A stretch of 63,391 bases of DNA, filler included, from Olpidium bornovanus S191 (lineage: Eukaryota > Fungi > Olpidiomycota), in the NCBI GenBank assembly GCA_017911155.1. It is 30 parts of 30 records of this genome, joined end to end, with 100 filler letters (N's around TTAATTAATTAA, not from the genome) between each part and the next. Parts side by side here need not be neighbours in the genome. Positions count along the whole stretch, not along the records: positions 1 to 2,508 come from JAEFCI010001212.1; positions 2,609 to 4,426 come from JAEFCI010010493.1; positions 4,527 to 5,764 come from JAEFCI010006940.1; positions 5,865 to 8,273 come from JAEFCI010003542.1; positions 8,374 to 12,135 come from JAEFCI010007408.1; positions 12,236 to 15,890 come from JAEFCI010013193.1; 24 more parts are not named here. One strand, 5' to 3'. A model generated the notes under the pieces. That model worked only from the letters and a program-made list of their open reading frames with translations, was not told where the DNA came from and ran no database searches. Shown here piece by piece: positions 1-12,382 of the stretch; the stretch's first letter is position 1, and each line of letters begins with the position of its first letter. Both the position numbers and the translations under genes were made by a program.

Positions 1-1143
1 CATGGCTGTCTCGGACTTCTTTTTTGATTTTCCGCATTTGCCCAACGGCAGCCCGGCGCACGGACAGAAAGCATTCTGGTCTCGTTGCCTCTTACCGCCC
101 GGTGGGAGTACTGCCACACGCCGCTTGCTGGATCCTCCGAGGCCAAACTCGTGGAGGTGCTCCAGCATCCGCGGGAGTGGGTAAAATGAAATGAGGTCCA
201 AGAAGAAGATATCAAGGTTGGAAGTCCCCCTTTTCCCAAACTTCCCCTCGTTCCCACCCTCCCTTCGTCCTTTGACGCCTCCCTGCACGCCCCCAAGTAC
301 CGGGCCTTATATCCACATGTCCGCGCCGGTTCAAGAAAATAGTCTTCACCATCACTCCTAATTCACACAATTGCGGGGTTTTCCCCCAAGGAGATCGGAA
401 GCTCCGCGTACTCAAGCAGGACTGCGGTAAGTCGGTCCCCATTTATATTTTTTTTTTTGAACGTGGGAAATAAAGGAAAGAAAAAAAGAAGAAAAAGTCC
501 AAAGGTATGTCGCCGACGGCTGACAAATCTTGGGTGGCGGAAACGGGCGCCGCAAGCGGTAAGAGGGAGGTAGACCAGGTGCAGTCGGCTCGATAGAACG
601 ATGAACAAACAAGCCAACGGGGATCGATGACCGGTTGAAAACCGATCTGTCATTGACAGGTGTGTCGACAGCAAGCGTCAACGGCAGTATTAACGGGAAG
701 AAAGAAAAGAAAAGTCAATGATTAACACCCTCTCCCCCGACCTCTCGGCTGAGTTGTTTGGGCAGGAAGGCAAGAAGTCTGGCGTTTTGTGCGGAAAAGT
801 TTGCTCCGTCTTACTACTTTCGTTTACCGACGGGTCTCTTCCGAAAGCAACCTCGGTGGTCTGGTCGGGAGGAGGAGGGGGTGTGTGGGGGGGGGTTTAA
901 TTGCTGGATGAATGCAACCCGTTTCCACGTGTAACCAGGATCAACCGGGGAGAACTTTCTCATATCATTTACGCGGACATATGTGACACAGCGGCGGAAA
1001 GCCCACGACGGAAAGCGATTCCCGCCGCCGCCGGAGAGACGTAACCCCGCCTCAGAATCCGGCTGCCGCGCAACGGGGACCCTCCCGCAAGCGGGATCTG
1101 CGCGACCGAAGGGGCGCGGGGGGCGGGGAGCGTGCCCGGCGCA

Positions 1144-1890
1144 ATGACCCGTCGGTCGCCGGCCGCCGAGGCGATCAACAGGTTGTGGCCGTCGGCCGAA
1201 GCGGCGTCCCCGGGGCTTTGCGACCTCCCCGTGAACTTTGAGAAGATCGAAAAGCTCCTTGGCGACCGCCACAGCGCCCGCATGTACGAGCGGCACGCGG
1301 CGGCGCTCGCCACGCTCACGAAGGTGTACTGCGCCCGCCGCAACCGCGGCGGCGGCGGCGGCGGCCCCCTCCGGCGGAGTGGCGAGGAGGCGGCGAACCC
1401 GCCCCCCGCCGGCGGCGGCGCGGCTCACCTTGCGCTGCCTGCTTCCAGCGAACAGCAAAAACACCAGTACCACCAGCAGCCGCAGCCGCAGCCGCAGGCC
1501 GAAGCCGACGTCGGGGTGCCGCTTCACCACCTGACGCACCTGACGACGGTCATCGCGTCGTTCAGGCGGAACATCACAGAAGGCGGCGAAGAGGCTCAGA
1601 TCCTCGTAAAGCCTCTGTGCGATTTCATCGCCAAGTGCTGGTGCGTGGGCGGAAGGGGGGGGGAAAGGAGGGGGGGAGAGGTAAAGGGCCTTGGCGTCGC
1701 CGACGCGTCGGCGGGTTGCCTCCTCTCACGCCAGACCCGCCGTCCCTTTTGGGCCGGGGTACCCGCCGGCAGCAACAAAATCGAGTACGACCGGACGGAC
1801 AAGGACCAAGCTCCGCAGCATTTCGTCGAAAGCACGGCGGCCTTCCTCACGGAGCTCACCTCGCTCGTCACGATCGCGGACGGCCGGTTT
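1144..1890 (+). CDS. CFAP69: Probable cilia- and flagella-associated protein 69 (N-terminal exons, partial, spliced)
   Basis: PVNFEKIEKLL...MYERHAAALATLTKVY...GVPLHHLTHLTTVI...LVKPLCDFIAKC aligns by eye in order with the remembered CFAP69 N-terminus (PMDLNRVIKLL...LEEKQLKFVKKLVQCY...GLPLRDLAQIFKIL...IESAYDIIKLC). A GT donor follows the KC codons near 1641. The end coordinate is approximate. Confidence 0.5.
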
Positions 1891-2508
1891 TTCTCAGCCG
1901 TCTCGACGGCCATATTCCTTATTTCGGGCGGGTCCGTCGAGAGCACTTCGCTGTGAACCCGCGATGCCGATGAAAAGGGATTGAGGGGGGAAAAAAAAAA
2001 AGAAAAAAAAAAATTTCCCAAAAGGTTTAGAACACTCTCCGGTTGGATTTTTCGGTACCGGCCGGCCCGCCGCGTTTTCTCTCACTGGGCGGAACCCGGG
2101 AGTGTGTTTGTAAGAATCGAACTCCCCGGCGAACGGGCAAAAAACCACCTTCCCGGTGAGTTTTTTTTTTTTTTTTTTTTTTTCCGCTACGTTTTGAATC
2201 AACTCGGGAGGCCGACAAAGCGGAGCCCGCCGCGTTTTTTCCCGACGCCCAACCCGACCACCGGCGCGGCCCGTTACGGAGGAGGGACGGTTCCCTGCGC
2301 ATTTTTGGCGACGCGCGACGTCTTGTTGGTGTTTTGAGAATACCCCGGGGCGGCGGTCGGGGGCGACAGCGACGCCGGGCGCAACAGCGAGCGCCCGCGC
2401 CCGCCGCGGGGAAAATGACCAGGGAAACGCGCATCCCTGGTCAGTATTTCCCCTGCCGGCCAAAATAGAAAAAAAAAAAAAAAAAACAAAAAAAAAAAAC
2501 AAAAGGGG

Positions 2509-2608
2509 NNNNNNNNNNNNNNNNNNNNNNNNNNNNNNNNNNNNNNNNNNNNTTAATTAATTAANNNNNNNNNNNNNNNNNNNNNNNNNNNNNNNNNNNN
2601 NNNNNNNN
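2509..2608. other. Artificial contig-joining linker (first of 29)
   Basis: Identical 100-bp block of 44 N + TTAATTAATTAA (stops in all six frames) + 44 N, starting at 2509, 4427, 5765, 8274, 12136, 15891, 17691, 19665, 22764, 24167, 25954, 27100, 29457, 33581, 35462, 36659, 38284, 41270, 42966, 45365, 48438, 49670, 50853, 52045, 53586, 55860, 57640, 59316 and 60792. Confidence 0.99.
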
Positions 2609-2825
2609 AAGGCAAAAGGAGGGCTCCAGAACGCGGGCCCTTTTTTTCGCCCCCTCTTGTTCCATCCATCCCCTAGAGAAACTCCCTTATACGAAATCCT
2701 GCGAGTAGTTACGCGCCAAACGCGCCATGCCGTTGCTCGGCGGGGAAATTGCGGGCCGTTTCGGGGCCGGGTTTTGTCGACGACGGGCCCCCCCCCCCCC
2801 TTCCCCCCCCCCCCCCCCAAAAACC

Positions 2826-2864
<39 letters not shown>

Positions 2865-2986
2865 GTCAGAGAGCGGGCCCTCGCCGCTCCGGAACACACG
2901 CCCCCGCCGTTTGCTCCCCCGCCTTTTCCGGCGCGGTTTTTTTTTTTTTTCTCGCCTCGGGCTTGCCCCCCGATAAGCGAGCGGAA

Positions 2987-4426
2987 ATGCCCGCGAAGCC
3001 CGGCAGAGCTCCGCCCTCGCCCGCCCGAGGACGGGCCGCGCGTCTCGCCGCCGCCGCCGCCGCCGCCGCCGCCTGCTGCGTGCGCTCCGCCGCCGGCCAC
3101 GGGGTCGGGTCGAACGACGGCCACGGCCACGGCGGCGGCGGCGGCGGCGGCGGCGGGGCCCTCGCCGGCCAGCTGAACCCGCCGGCGCCCGCGCCGGCCC
3201 TGACCGCGGCGACCGCGGAGCTCGGCTTCCTGCTCGTGGGGCTCGCCGCCCTGTTCTCGACGCTGGGCGCCGCGCTGCCGTTCCTCGACGCGGCGATCCA
3301 GAGCGAGCGCTTCTGCGGCGGCCGGTTTCGCGACTTCTCGCTCGCCCGGTCCAAGCCGTTCATCTCCGCGACGCTCGGGTTCTCGGCCGGCCTGCTGGTC
3401 GCGCTGGCCCTGAGCGACCTGATGCCCGCCGGCGCCGAGAACCTGAAGAGGTCCGCCGTCTTCCCGCCGGCCCACGCCCAGCTCGCGTCGTCCGCGTGCT
3501 TTGCTGGCGGGCTCGCGTCCGTCGCCGCTTGCAAGCGCCTCGCCGCCCTGTTCCGCCGTTCGAAGCCGGACGGCGGCGGGGGCGGCGGCGGTACGGCACA
3601 CGTAAGCGGCCGGGACCTGGGGCGACGAACGAACGTCGGGGTTGGGGTTGGGGGAGGGGGCGGGGTGGGGGGGAAGGAAGGGAGTGGGTCGAGAGGGGCG
3701 GGGAAAAGGCGGGGAGCGGAGGGGCGGGGGGAATCCGCAAAATCGGCGAAACGCGGCGCTTCTCGCCGTTTTTTCGTGCAAAGCTGAAAACCGGACGGCC
3801 TTTTTTGTTTTCTTCTCCGCGGTCTGCCGCCCGCCCTCCCTCTCCACCAGACCTCGCGCCACGGTCACAAAGTAGGAGAGTTTGGCGAGCATCAGGGGCC
3901 TTCAAACGGCGACGAAAGCGACCGCCTCAACTCGCTGGGCTACCAAATTGCGATAAGTAAGCCGATCGGAAAGGGCCGGCGATTTTTGTTTTTGTTTTTT
4001 TTTTTTGATTGAAGGGGAGGAGGGGGGGAGGTGGGATGGGCCCGGGGGAGGCGAGCAGGACAGTTTCGTCCCTGCGTCTTTCCGTCGGGATTACTTTTCG
4101 GGGTTCGGAGACGGCGAGAGGAGCCGGCGGTTCCTCACGTTTTCTCGCGTCCTGGCCGCGCAATAAAACGGAAATTCTCCCCCAAAGGCCTGGCGCTTCA
4201 CAACTTTCCCGAAGGCCTTTCGACCTTCTCCGCCGCCCTCCTCTCTCCGAGGATCGGCGTCCTGTACGGCATCGCGTTGTCCCTGCACAAAATACCCGAG
4301 GGGCTCATGATCGCGAACGCGCGAAGCGTACGGCGTTGTCTTTCGGAACGGTTGAACGGGCGTTTCCGTAGCAGACGGGGGTCGGTCGGGGAAGCGGGGG
4401 AGGAAATGTCTCTGTGGTCGAGAATC
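2987..4426 (+). CDS. ZIP-family (ZupT/GufA-like) divalent metal transporter, 3' partial, spliced
   Basis: Hydrophobic segments LGFLLVGLAALFSTLGAALP and LGFSAGLLVALALSDLMP, followed by the ZIP TM4/TM5 signatures GLALHNFPEG and IALSLHKIPEGLMIA (about 4190-4310). There is an N-terminal Ala-rich leader and a His/Gly stretch (GHGVGSNDGHGHGG). Confidence 0.9.
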
Positions 4427-4596
4427 NNNNNNNNNNNNNNNNNNNNNNNNNNNNNNNNNNNNNNNNNNNNTTAATTAATTAANNNNNNNNNNNNNNNNNN
4501 NNNNNNNNNNNNNNNNNNNNNNNNNNACTGTCAATTGGGAACATAGAAAATTTTTATCCACTTTGCTGTGAAAAAAAAACCCCCGAAGCTGATCAA

Positions 4597-5427
4597 ATGC
4601 GCTTGCGAGGCATTCCTTTTCCCGGGGATATCACCGACAATAAAGAGTTGCTTATGGATCTGTTCGCCACCGTCGGTGGGATCCTGGCGGTGTGCCGGAT
4701 CCCGGGGCCGCCGCCACCGCCTCAACCTCCGCCTCCGCCATCGCCTTCGCCGGGCCCGCCTTTGCCTCGCCCGCCCTCGCCGCCGCGCTCGCCATCCTTG
4801 CGCCAGCCGTCGCCGTCGCCTCCACCGCCGCCGCCGCTAACGTCACCCCCTCTCGCCCCAGATCCGGTAATGTCCGGCTTGTGAGTCAAACGCATCAATC
4901 GACAACGCCTTCAAATCCGTTTTTGTCTCTTTCGAAACGCTGATCTGCTCGTTCGCCCTTTTTTTCCTCTTTTTATTTTTTTTGCCTCCCACCACTTCCC
5001 CTCCCCCCTGCGATCCGCAGAAGCTCGGCACGATCCCCGAGAAACCGAGGAGGAATCGCTGCTCGCATCGGAGGTAATTGCAACCGGCCGTCTCCGCTGT
5101 TGAACCAGAGGCGGAACGCCCGCAACGACGCTGGCTGCCACTTCCAACTCGCCAGCGACAACATTTTGTGCCTTTTTCTTTGCTGGCGGGCTTCAGGGCC
5201 TTCGTCACCATCCTCAAATTTGGCGGACGCCGGGTGCGAGCGGTAGTAAGCCTCGGTCCGGGGGTGATGGTCGTCCGCCATTCGAACAGGGGTGACAACG
5301 TCGCTACCGTAAGCGGGGCCACGAGTACTTTTTTTTGCCTGTAATTGGCGGCCTGCTGATTGCCTGACCTGCAGGCCGCAATAGGCAGCGACGCCTTCAC
5401 CTACCTGGACCCGACTCCGGTGCTCAG
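4597..5427 (+). CDS. Unidentified spliced protein fragment
   Basis: Short open segments bounded by AG/GT (for example cag|GGCCTTC...GCTACC|gtaagc giving AFVTILKFGGRRVRAVVSLGPGVMVVRHSNRGDNVAT, and cag|GCCGCA...CTCAG|gtaaac). No family recognised. Confidence 0.3.
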
Positions 5428-5733
5428 GTAAACGAAGCACTGCTCCGGATTGGGGCCCGCTTGCAGCGGCGGAGAGCGAAGGACGTAAATGCCACGTTTC
5501 CGTTTGATCTACCTTTTATTTTTTTTTTGTTTTCCTGTTAGCGCTCACTCCTTCGCTTCTAATGCTCTTAGTGTAAGGTTGGACTCTTTACGGTTACCGG
5601 AACATCGGTTTTTTTGCCAGGCTCATTTCCCTGTCCTCTTCAAGTAATTGCCATTGCTGACACCCTTTTTTACAACCTTCTAGAAAATGAGACAATTATG
5701 GTATACCTTTGAATCCTTGAATACTTTGACTTT

Positions 5734-5764
<31 letters not shown>

Positions 5765-5864
5765 NNNNNNNNNNNNNNNNNNNNNNNNNNNNNNNNNNNN
5801 NNNNNNNNTTAATTAATTAANNNNNNNNNNNNNNNNNNNNNNNNNNNNNNNNNNNNNNNNNNNN

Positions 5865-8054
5865 CATGCTGGTTCCAATCCAGAGTCCGACATATGGCCA
5901 CTGGGAAAAGTCTGGAAAGATGTTGGTAGTGAAGGCGGTCCTGGAGATGTGGCACCGGGACAAGCACCGCGTGCTGCTTTTCAGTCAGACCCGACAGATG
6001 CTGGACATCCTGGAGAGGCTTGCTCGCACTCTCGGTAAGCGCGCGAGCCAGTGTCCTCCTGCCCGACGCGCATTCCGAATAAAAGGCCGCTGCGGATGCT
6101 TAAACCGGAAAGGGCAATTCCCGTGCGCTGCGATCATCCCTTCGATCAGGCCACCAGTACCGGCGGATGGACGGGACGACCCCCGTCGCGAATCGCCACG
6201 CGCTCGTCGATGAGTTCAACGCCCGCAAAGACATTTTCCTCTTCCTGCTTACTACTAAGGTCGGCGGTCTCGGCGTCAACCTGACCGGTGCCGACCGGGT
6301 GTGCATCTACGATCCAGACTGGGTAATGTGAAGCGTTCAGCCAGCGCTGCAGCGAAAAAAAAATTTAATTGAGGTGGCCGCTTGCAGCTGACCTCAACTC
6401 TGTTTCCCCGGACCTAAGAACCCGTCCACGGATGTGCAGGCTCGCGAGCGGGCGTGGCGGCTCGGTCAAAAGAAAGACGTCACCATTTACCGGCTGATGA
6501 CCTCGGGCACAATTGAGGAGAAGATATACCACCGCCAGATTTTCAAGACGTTCCTGACGAACAAGATCCTGAAGGACCCGAAGCAAAAGCGATTTTTCAA
6601 GTCCAGCGACCTCAACGACCTCTTTTCCCTCACGTCCGAAGATTCGGCGGCAACGGGGACCGAAACCGGGGAGCTGTTCGAAGGGACGGAAGTGGTCGCA
6701 CCCGCGAGACCCGCGAAGAACAAGCGTCGAAACAGCGGCGAGGCAGGGAGACCGAGGACGAAGCGCGAGCGGAGAAGAGAAGGGGAGGCAGACAACCTGG
6801 CGTCAATAGGGGAGTTGGCGGGCGTCGAAGAATACAGGCCTCCTGGAGCGCGCTCGGAGCCCGGCGGGGGCGAGGGCGGAGAGGAGCGTCAAAGCGCCGG
6901 AGAGGACGGCCACGACGACTCCCACATTCTTGAGAGCCTGTTTGAAATGACCGGGATCCACAGTGCCCTAAAGCACGACAGCATCATGGACGGTGCGCGA
7001 CAAGAAGACATCATTGTTGAACGAGAAGGTGCGGAGCATTTTTCTTTTTTTTTCGATGGGATCGGATAGAATGGACTGACGGCTAATCTAATTTTTTTTT
7101 ATTCTGCCAGCCGCGCGAGTCGCGGAGGAGGCCGTCTTGGCGCTGAAGGAATCGCGAAAACGGAGAAGAGCGCAGGATATCGGAGTTCCAACGTGGACGG
7201 GCCGGTCAGGTATGTTTACCGCCTGACGATATCCGAAACAAGATGCGCCACTCACTCGGCAACCTTCCGTTTTCGCTATTCGCCCGCGACTCCACGGCGC
7301 GGGAAAAAAAATACTCTTCTCTGCTGTTACAGGTTCGGCGGGCGGACCGCGCTTCGGCACGCGAACCTCCGGGCCGCGGTTCCTGCTTTCCGCCCACCCT
7401 TCTTCCCTGCAGCGGTCGACGGAGGGGTTCGGCTCCGGCGCCCTCTCGGGCTTCCGCGGTCTCGCGGCCGCGCCGAGCTCCAGCAGCGTCCTGAGCAACA
7501 TGAAGCACCGATCGGCTCCGGGCGACCGGCGGCGGCAACCGGGAGACCGGACCGCCAAGTCCGGGGGCAGCGGCGAGGCCATCGAGGCGAAACTGATGGA
7601 CGAGTCGAAGAGAGAAAACCTCGTGGTGAAAATCAGGGAATTCCTTTGCCTGAGAGGGGAAGCGGGCATGGTAAGGTTTCTGGGTTGCCACAGGGGGGGG
7701 GGGGATTTTTGCGTTTGCGCCGTTCGTCGAAGCCGGTCTGTCGGTTCCTGAACGGCGCAAGGCTCGCGGCGGCTCAAAAGAAGAAAAAAAAAACCGCTAG
7801 GCGCGGAAAACGTCTTTCGCGGCTTTCTATCTCTCTCTATCCCATACCCCCGCGCGCTTACAAGCGACCGCGACGACTTTTACCCTTCCCGGCACGCATC
7901 GCGGCAGTCCTCGTCGGAGATCGTCGAGAACTTCAAGCTGCGGATCAGGGACGAGGACGTACCCATGTTCCGCAAGATGCTTCGCGGCATTGCCGACTTC
8001 CACCGCGAGGCCGACGGAAACGGTTACTGGAAGCTGAAAGCGGATTTTTTGTGA
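5865..8054 (+). CDS. RAD26: Rad26/CSB (ERCC6) SNF2-family transcription-coupled repair ATPase, C-terminal half, spliced, 5' partial
   Basis: SGKMLVV...[43 protein letters not shown]|[53 protein letters not shown] and PTWTG, ending in [11 protein letters not shown]...WKLKADFL with TGA at 8052-8054. Confidence 0.96.
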
Positions 8055-8376
8055 AATCCTGCTGGCGGGAAAAAGGGAAAGGGGGGGGGGGGGATTTCTT
8101 CTTTTCGCCTGTTCGTTCGTCCGCAAAGGCGTCCACTTGATTTATGTGAATCTTCGGTTTTATTTTTTTTTTTCTTTTTTCTTTTATACTTCTTGTGGTT
8201 CATTAACGCGGCATCAGAGCCTCCCGTTCGCACGCCAGCCTCTTTTTCTCTTCCTCCCCATTCCCTTCCCCCCNNNNNNNNNNNNNNNNNNNNNNNNNNN
8301 NNNNNNNNNNNNNNNNNTTAATTAATTAANNNNNNNNNNNNNNNNNNNNNNNNNNNNNNNNNNNNNNNNNNNNCCG

Positions 8377-8416
<40 letters not shown>

Positions 8417-9689
8417 CCCCCCTCCGCGAGCGCCGGACTCCCCGACGAACCGCGCGGCCTCGCCGGTTCGCTGCGGCGCATTCCGGGCGGCGAGACTGTT
8501 CGCGTGCCCAGGGAAGGATGGTCGCCCGCCGCGAGCGGGGCGCGCCCTGTTTTCTTTCCCGACGAGCCTGTTTAAACCGTTTGACGCAAATAGTTGTTTG
8601 GTCTATTTTTTTGGCTGTTATCGTACATAACCTTCGCCTTATCGAACATAAACCGAACCGGGTTCCGCGCCCGAAGCTTTTGCGTCCCGCTTCCTCCGCG
8701 GGGAAGACGCGACCGAACCGACATGTTCCTGGGCACCACCCGTTGGTAAACCGGTTTCATGTTTCAAGTGAAATGTGTCGCAACTCCAAACCGTGCGGTG
8801 CTCATACCGCCCTGTGCATAGCGAGGCGCCCAAACGCTGTTGGTGACCAGCCGCCGGCGCAGCGCCAATGTCAGGCTTTTTATTTGTTTGCAACGCGCAG
8901 GCTGTGCGCTCCGATGTAGGGGCAAAAAGATTGCTTGAAGACACGGAAGTGTTCGTTTCAGGGGGGCTTTGTAACCGGCGACGCCGTCGTTGGCCACGCC
9001 GTTGGAAATCCGGCGCGTCCGGCGGCCACCCGGCGCCCCTTTTCGCAGTGCCGACCTTATGTGCTCCCCGCAACAAATAAAAGGCCGACTAACGTTGTAA
9101 AACTAAGATGACACTCCTCGCCTGACATTTGCTGCCTATTCGGACCGAACACTTGCTGCCGCGCCGCAGTGCGAGGGCGTACGGTGGGTTTTTACTTCAT
9201 CTTACTTCGCTTTTTGTTCACCCCGACCCTGCATATTTGACATCTTCGTCGCCGGCCCGGCATCGCAGTCCTCCCCCGCCAACACGGCCGGGCACGAGAC
9301 AAAAGACTCTCGTCGAGTCCATTTGCGACGTCCGCGCGGCCTCGCGTTCGTTACGCCGCGCCGACCGCACTGGTTCGACTCGCTCGGCGGACACTTTTCG
9401 AAACTCTTGCCGAACCTGCCGATCGATTTTGCTAACTTCGTCGCTTTCTAAGAACCCCGCAGACGCGGCAAAACGCGGCAAGTCGCGTCTTGGCCCGCAG
9501 CACGAGAACGCCCGGACGAGGCTCCGGGGCAGGGCGGGCGTGGAAAACTCGAGCCCTCGCCGGTTTCCTGGGCGGGGTGCGTCCCGCCCCGCAACCACCG
9601 CGACGCGCGCGCGCGAAGATTGACATCCTCCACCCCGTGCGGGTTCGCATAGTCGCAACGCCCCCATTTCAGCCGGATGGTCGTCCGGC

Positions 9690-11261
9690 TTGGTGGATTT
9701 GCGCACCCCGCTCGAAAAAAGTTTATTCCTTCACAACTCCTCCAGCTCCTGCCGACGCGCGGTCTCCAGCCGCTATCGGGTAAGAAAAAAGCCTTTCTGC
9801 CGCGCCCGGCAAGAGCGAGCTTTCCGACGCGAAGAGGCCAAGAGAGACCCGTGCTTGGCTACGCCTCGCGCTCTAGCTTGTACAGATTGGCGGGCGTGCG
9901 AGTCCACTTTGTGAGGCTTTTTTCCCAATGCTGCCCGGCCAGACATACTCGGGCAGAAGCGGGCGCGGGTATCGGACGACTGGATGAACACCGTGTTTGC
10001 CCTAGTGACTGCGTCGACACCGACGGGCCTGCAGCAGTGCTCAACCCTCGGATCCGGAAAGCACGTCTTCCGCGTCGTTGGAGTGGAGGAAGTCGAACGC
10101 CTTCTCCAGGCTCACCAGACGATGAAAATTGACCCGCAAGCATTCCGTTTGGTGGATTTTGCACAAGGGTTGGGCCGGACTGAAATTTCATGTCGCAAAA
10201 AGCTTCAAAGGCTGCATGGCCGGACAATGCGTTGGACAGACGGAGAGCTTCAAGCACTTCATGGCGCGTTGGCTGAAGCCGGCCAGCTGAGTGCAAAGAA
10301 GCTGGATTGGACAACGATATCAAAGGCCACCGGAAGGTCGCCTTTCACGTGTGCCCAAAAGGCTGCTAAGCTTGGCCTTCGCCCTCACTCATCAGGCTTA
10401 CCGTGGACTGACGACACCCGTCAAGCCTTCATCACCATCGTCAAACTGTAGCTGACGGAATGTGGTCAGATAGATTGGCCCAGCGTTGCCACAAGCTTTC
10501 CTGGGCAAACCGCCATTTCTGTAAGGCATCAATACAAGAAGTTGCGACCAATGACGCTATTATTCCGTGCGTGGGATAAAGAAGACGCAGCAAACGCTTT
10601 GTTATTGGCGGATAAAGGCGAACCCTACGAGAATTTTAAGTAAATGAAGACGCGTCGGCTCATTATCTCGTACCTTTTTGGGTTATTTGTGTTCTCTGAG
10701 CGTAAGAGCCAATTACAGAGGGATTGTGTCTTTCGTGCGAACACATTGGGCTCAGATTACAGATTGATCTTTGCATCTACGCAAGTCCCATCCCATTCCT
10801 GGCATTATCGGCATCATAATCAGCTTTTGGCTGCGCAGGACATCCAAAGGCTCGTCGAGCTTCGGTCTACCTGTGTTTTTATGGAGCTGGGACGAAATCG
10901 GAAATTTATTGTATAGAACAGCCAAAGGTTGTGTTGTCAAGGTGTATAAGAGAATTAATTAGTTTGCCTGATTTTGTTGTAAAGCGCTAATAACCCTTCT
11001 CTTCTATAAGTTCTACAAAACCAAATTGGTTACCGGCTAAAGCCTACGCTGGCTGGACGACCCTGCACAAACAGCAGGGAAAAATCGGAACAGGCTTAAG
11101 AGAGAATGACTATGGAATACTTGGCATTTGACAAATGCGGACGCCCCGACTGGCCAAAAGTATTGCGCTGTTTCCCTGGGCGAACTTTCGGCGCTGGAAT
11201 GGACAAGGTAAGGTTATGTGTGATTGGGATATCTACCAGACATAGTGCACTCAACAAGTGA
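9690..11261 (+). pseudogene. Disabled multi-Myb/SANT-repeat protein gene
   Basis: One frame from 9690 to 10643 is broken by TGA (9912), TAG (10449) and ends at TAA (10641). It contains Myb repeats WTDGELQAL...LDWTTISKATGRSPFTCAQK and WTDDTRQAFITIVKL*LTECGQIDWPSVATSFPGQTAISVRHQY. A further related repeat, DKCGRPDWPKVLRCFPGRT, lies at 11130-11186. Confidence 0.65.
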
Positions 11262-12382
11262 AACGCCCACCACTACCTGTAGTGGTATTCGACACTTAAG
11301 GATGGCGAGGGCGAGAGGAACCAATTGATGTGAACCTGACGCTTTATATGGAACCGCCAACCGGTGCGACGACGCTAAAATCGCATCTCGAATCGCACTA
11401 ATTTTCTGGGCGCGTCCGCTTCTGTCAATGGGCGCATTGGACTCCGGCGGGAAGAAGCACACGTCAGATTTAAATTCTGCGGGCCGCCCCGTCGTCGCGA
11501 ACGTCGCGAAATGCCTTACCTCGCACGCGCGGGACGCGCGACGCGCGCTTTCTCGCGCGCACGTAAACGGGCCGGAAAGCTCGATTTATCGGATGACCGC
11601 ACGAGAACGAAAGCTTCTTACCCCAAATTCACAAACAAAAGGCACGCGTACCGATTTTCTCGACCCCCGAACGTTGGAGCCGCCTCGCTGCACGACATCC
11701 TGGCCTAGCCCGTTGTTGTTTGGGTTCAAAAGCGAGCTTTTTGTCAAGGGGAAGATTCCGCAGGGGTACATTTTGATAAGCCGGCTCCTTTGTGTGACGC
11801 GTCCCCCCCAATGTGGTCGCCGCGAAACAGCGAAATCGCTCTCACATGGTGAGAGCGGAGCGAAGGTCCAGCGTGGAAGACTGGAACGCTTGGAACGCTT
11901 ATGTTGTGATCACGGGCAATCAAACACAGGACTCATGAGATCGGCTGTCTGTTTATGCGCTGCCGCGCTGCCGCTCGGCAGCCCCACAAAAGCCGGTGCT
12001 CGTCGACGCCGGTACCCTCGAAGACGTCACCCGCCGGCAAATTGTGGCCAGGAACTGACAATGCCGCCGAGAACAGTGTCGCACAGTCTTGCGGTTTTCC
12101 TGCGACGGAGATTTCTGTTTCAAGTTCATTCCCCANNNNNNNNNNNNNNNNNNNNNNNNNNNNNNNNNNNNNNNNNNNNTTAATTAATTAANNNNNNNNN
12201 NNNNNNNNNNNNNNNNNNNNNNNNNNNNNNNNNNNCATGCCCTTGGAATTTCTGAACTGTGTCCCTGCTACTCACCGCCTCTCCGCGTCAACCCCGCAGC
12301 GCTTATCGACTTGCCGGAGACAAAAAAACAAAGGAAAAAGAAAAAGAAAAGAAAAAAAAGAAGCGACCAGCGCGTCTGCCGT

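Noticed and set aside
10449-10451. Stop-codon reassignment or readthrough suggested by in-frame TAG codons
   Set aside because: Conserved genes here show no internal stops in their exons, and TAG, TAA and TGA all terminate normal genes (50471, 12383, 8052). Pseudogene decay is the simpler explanation.
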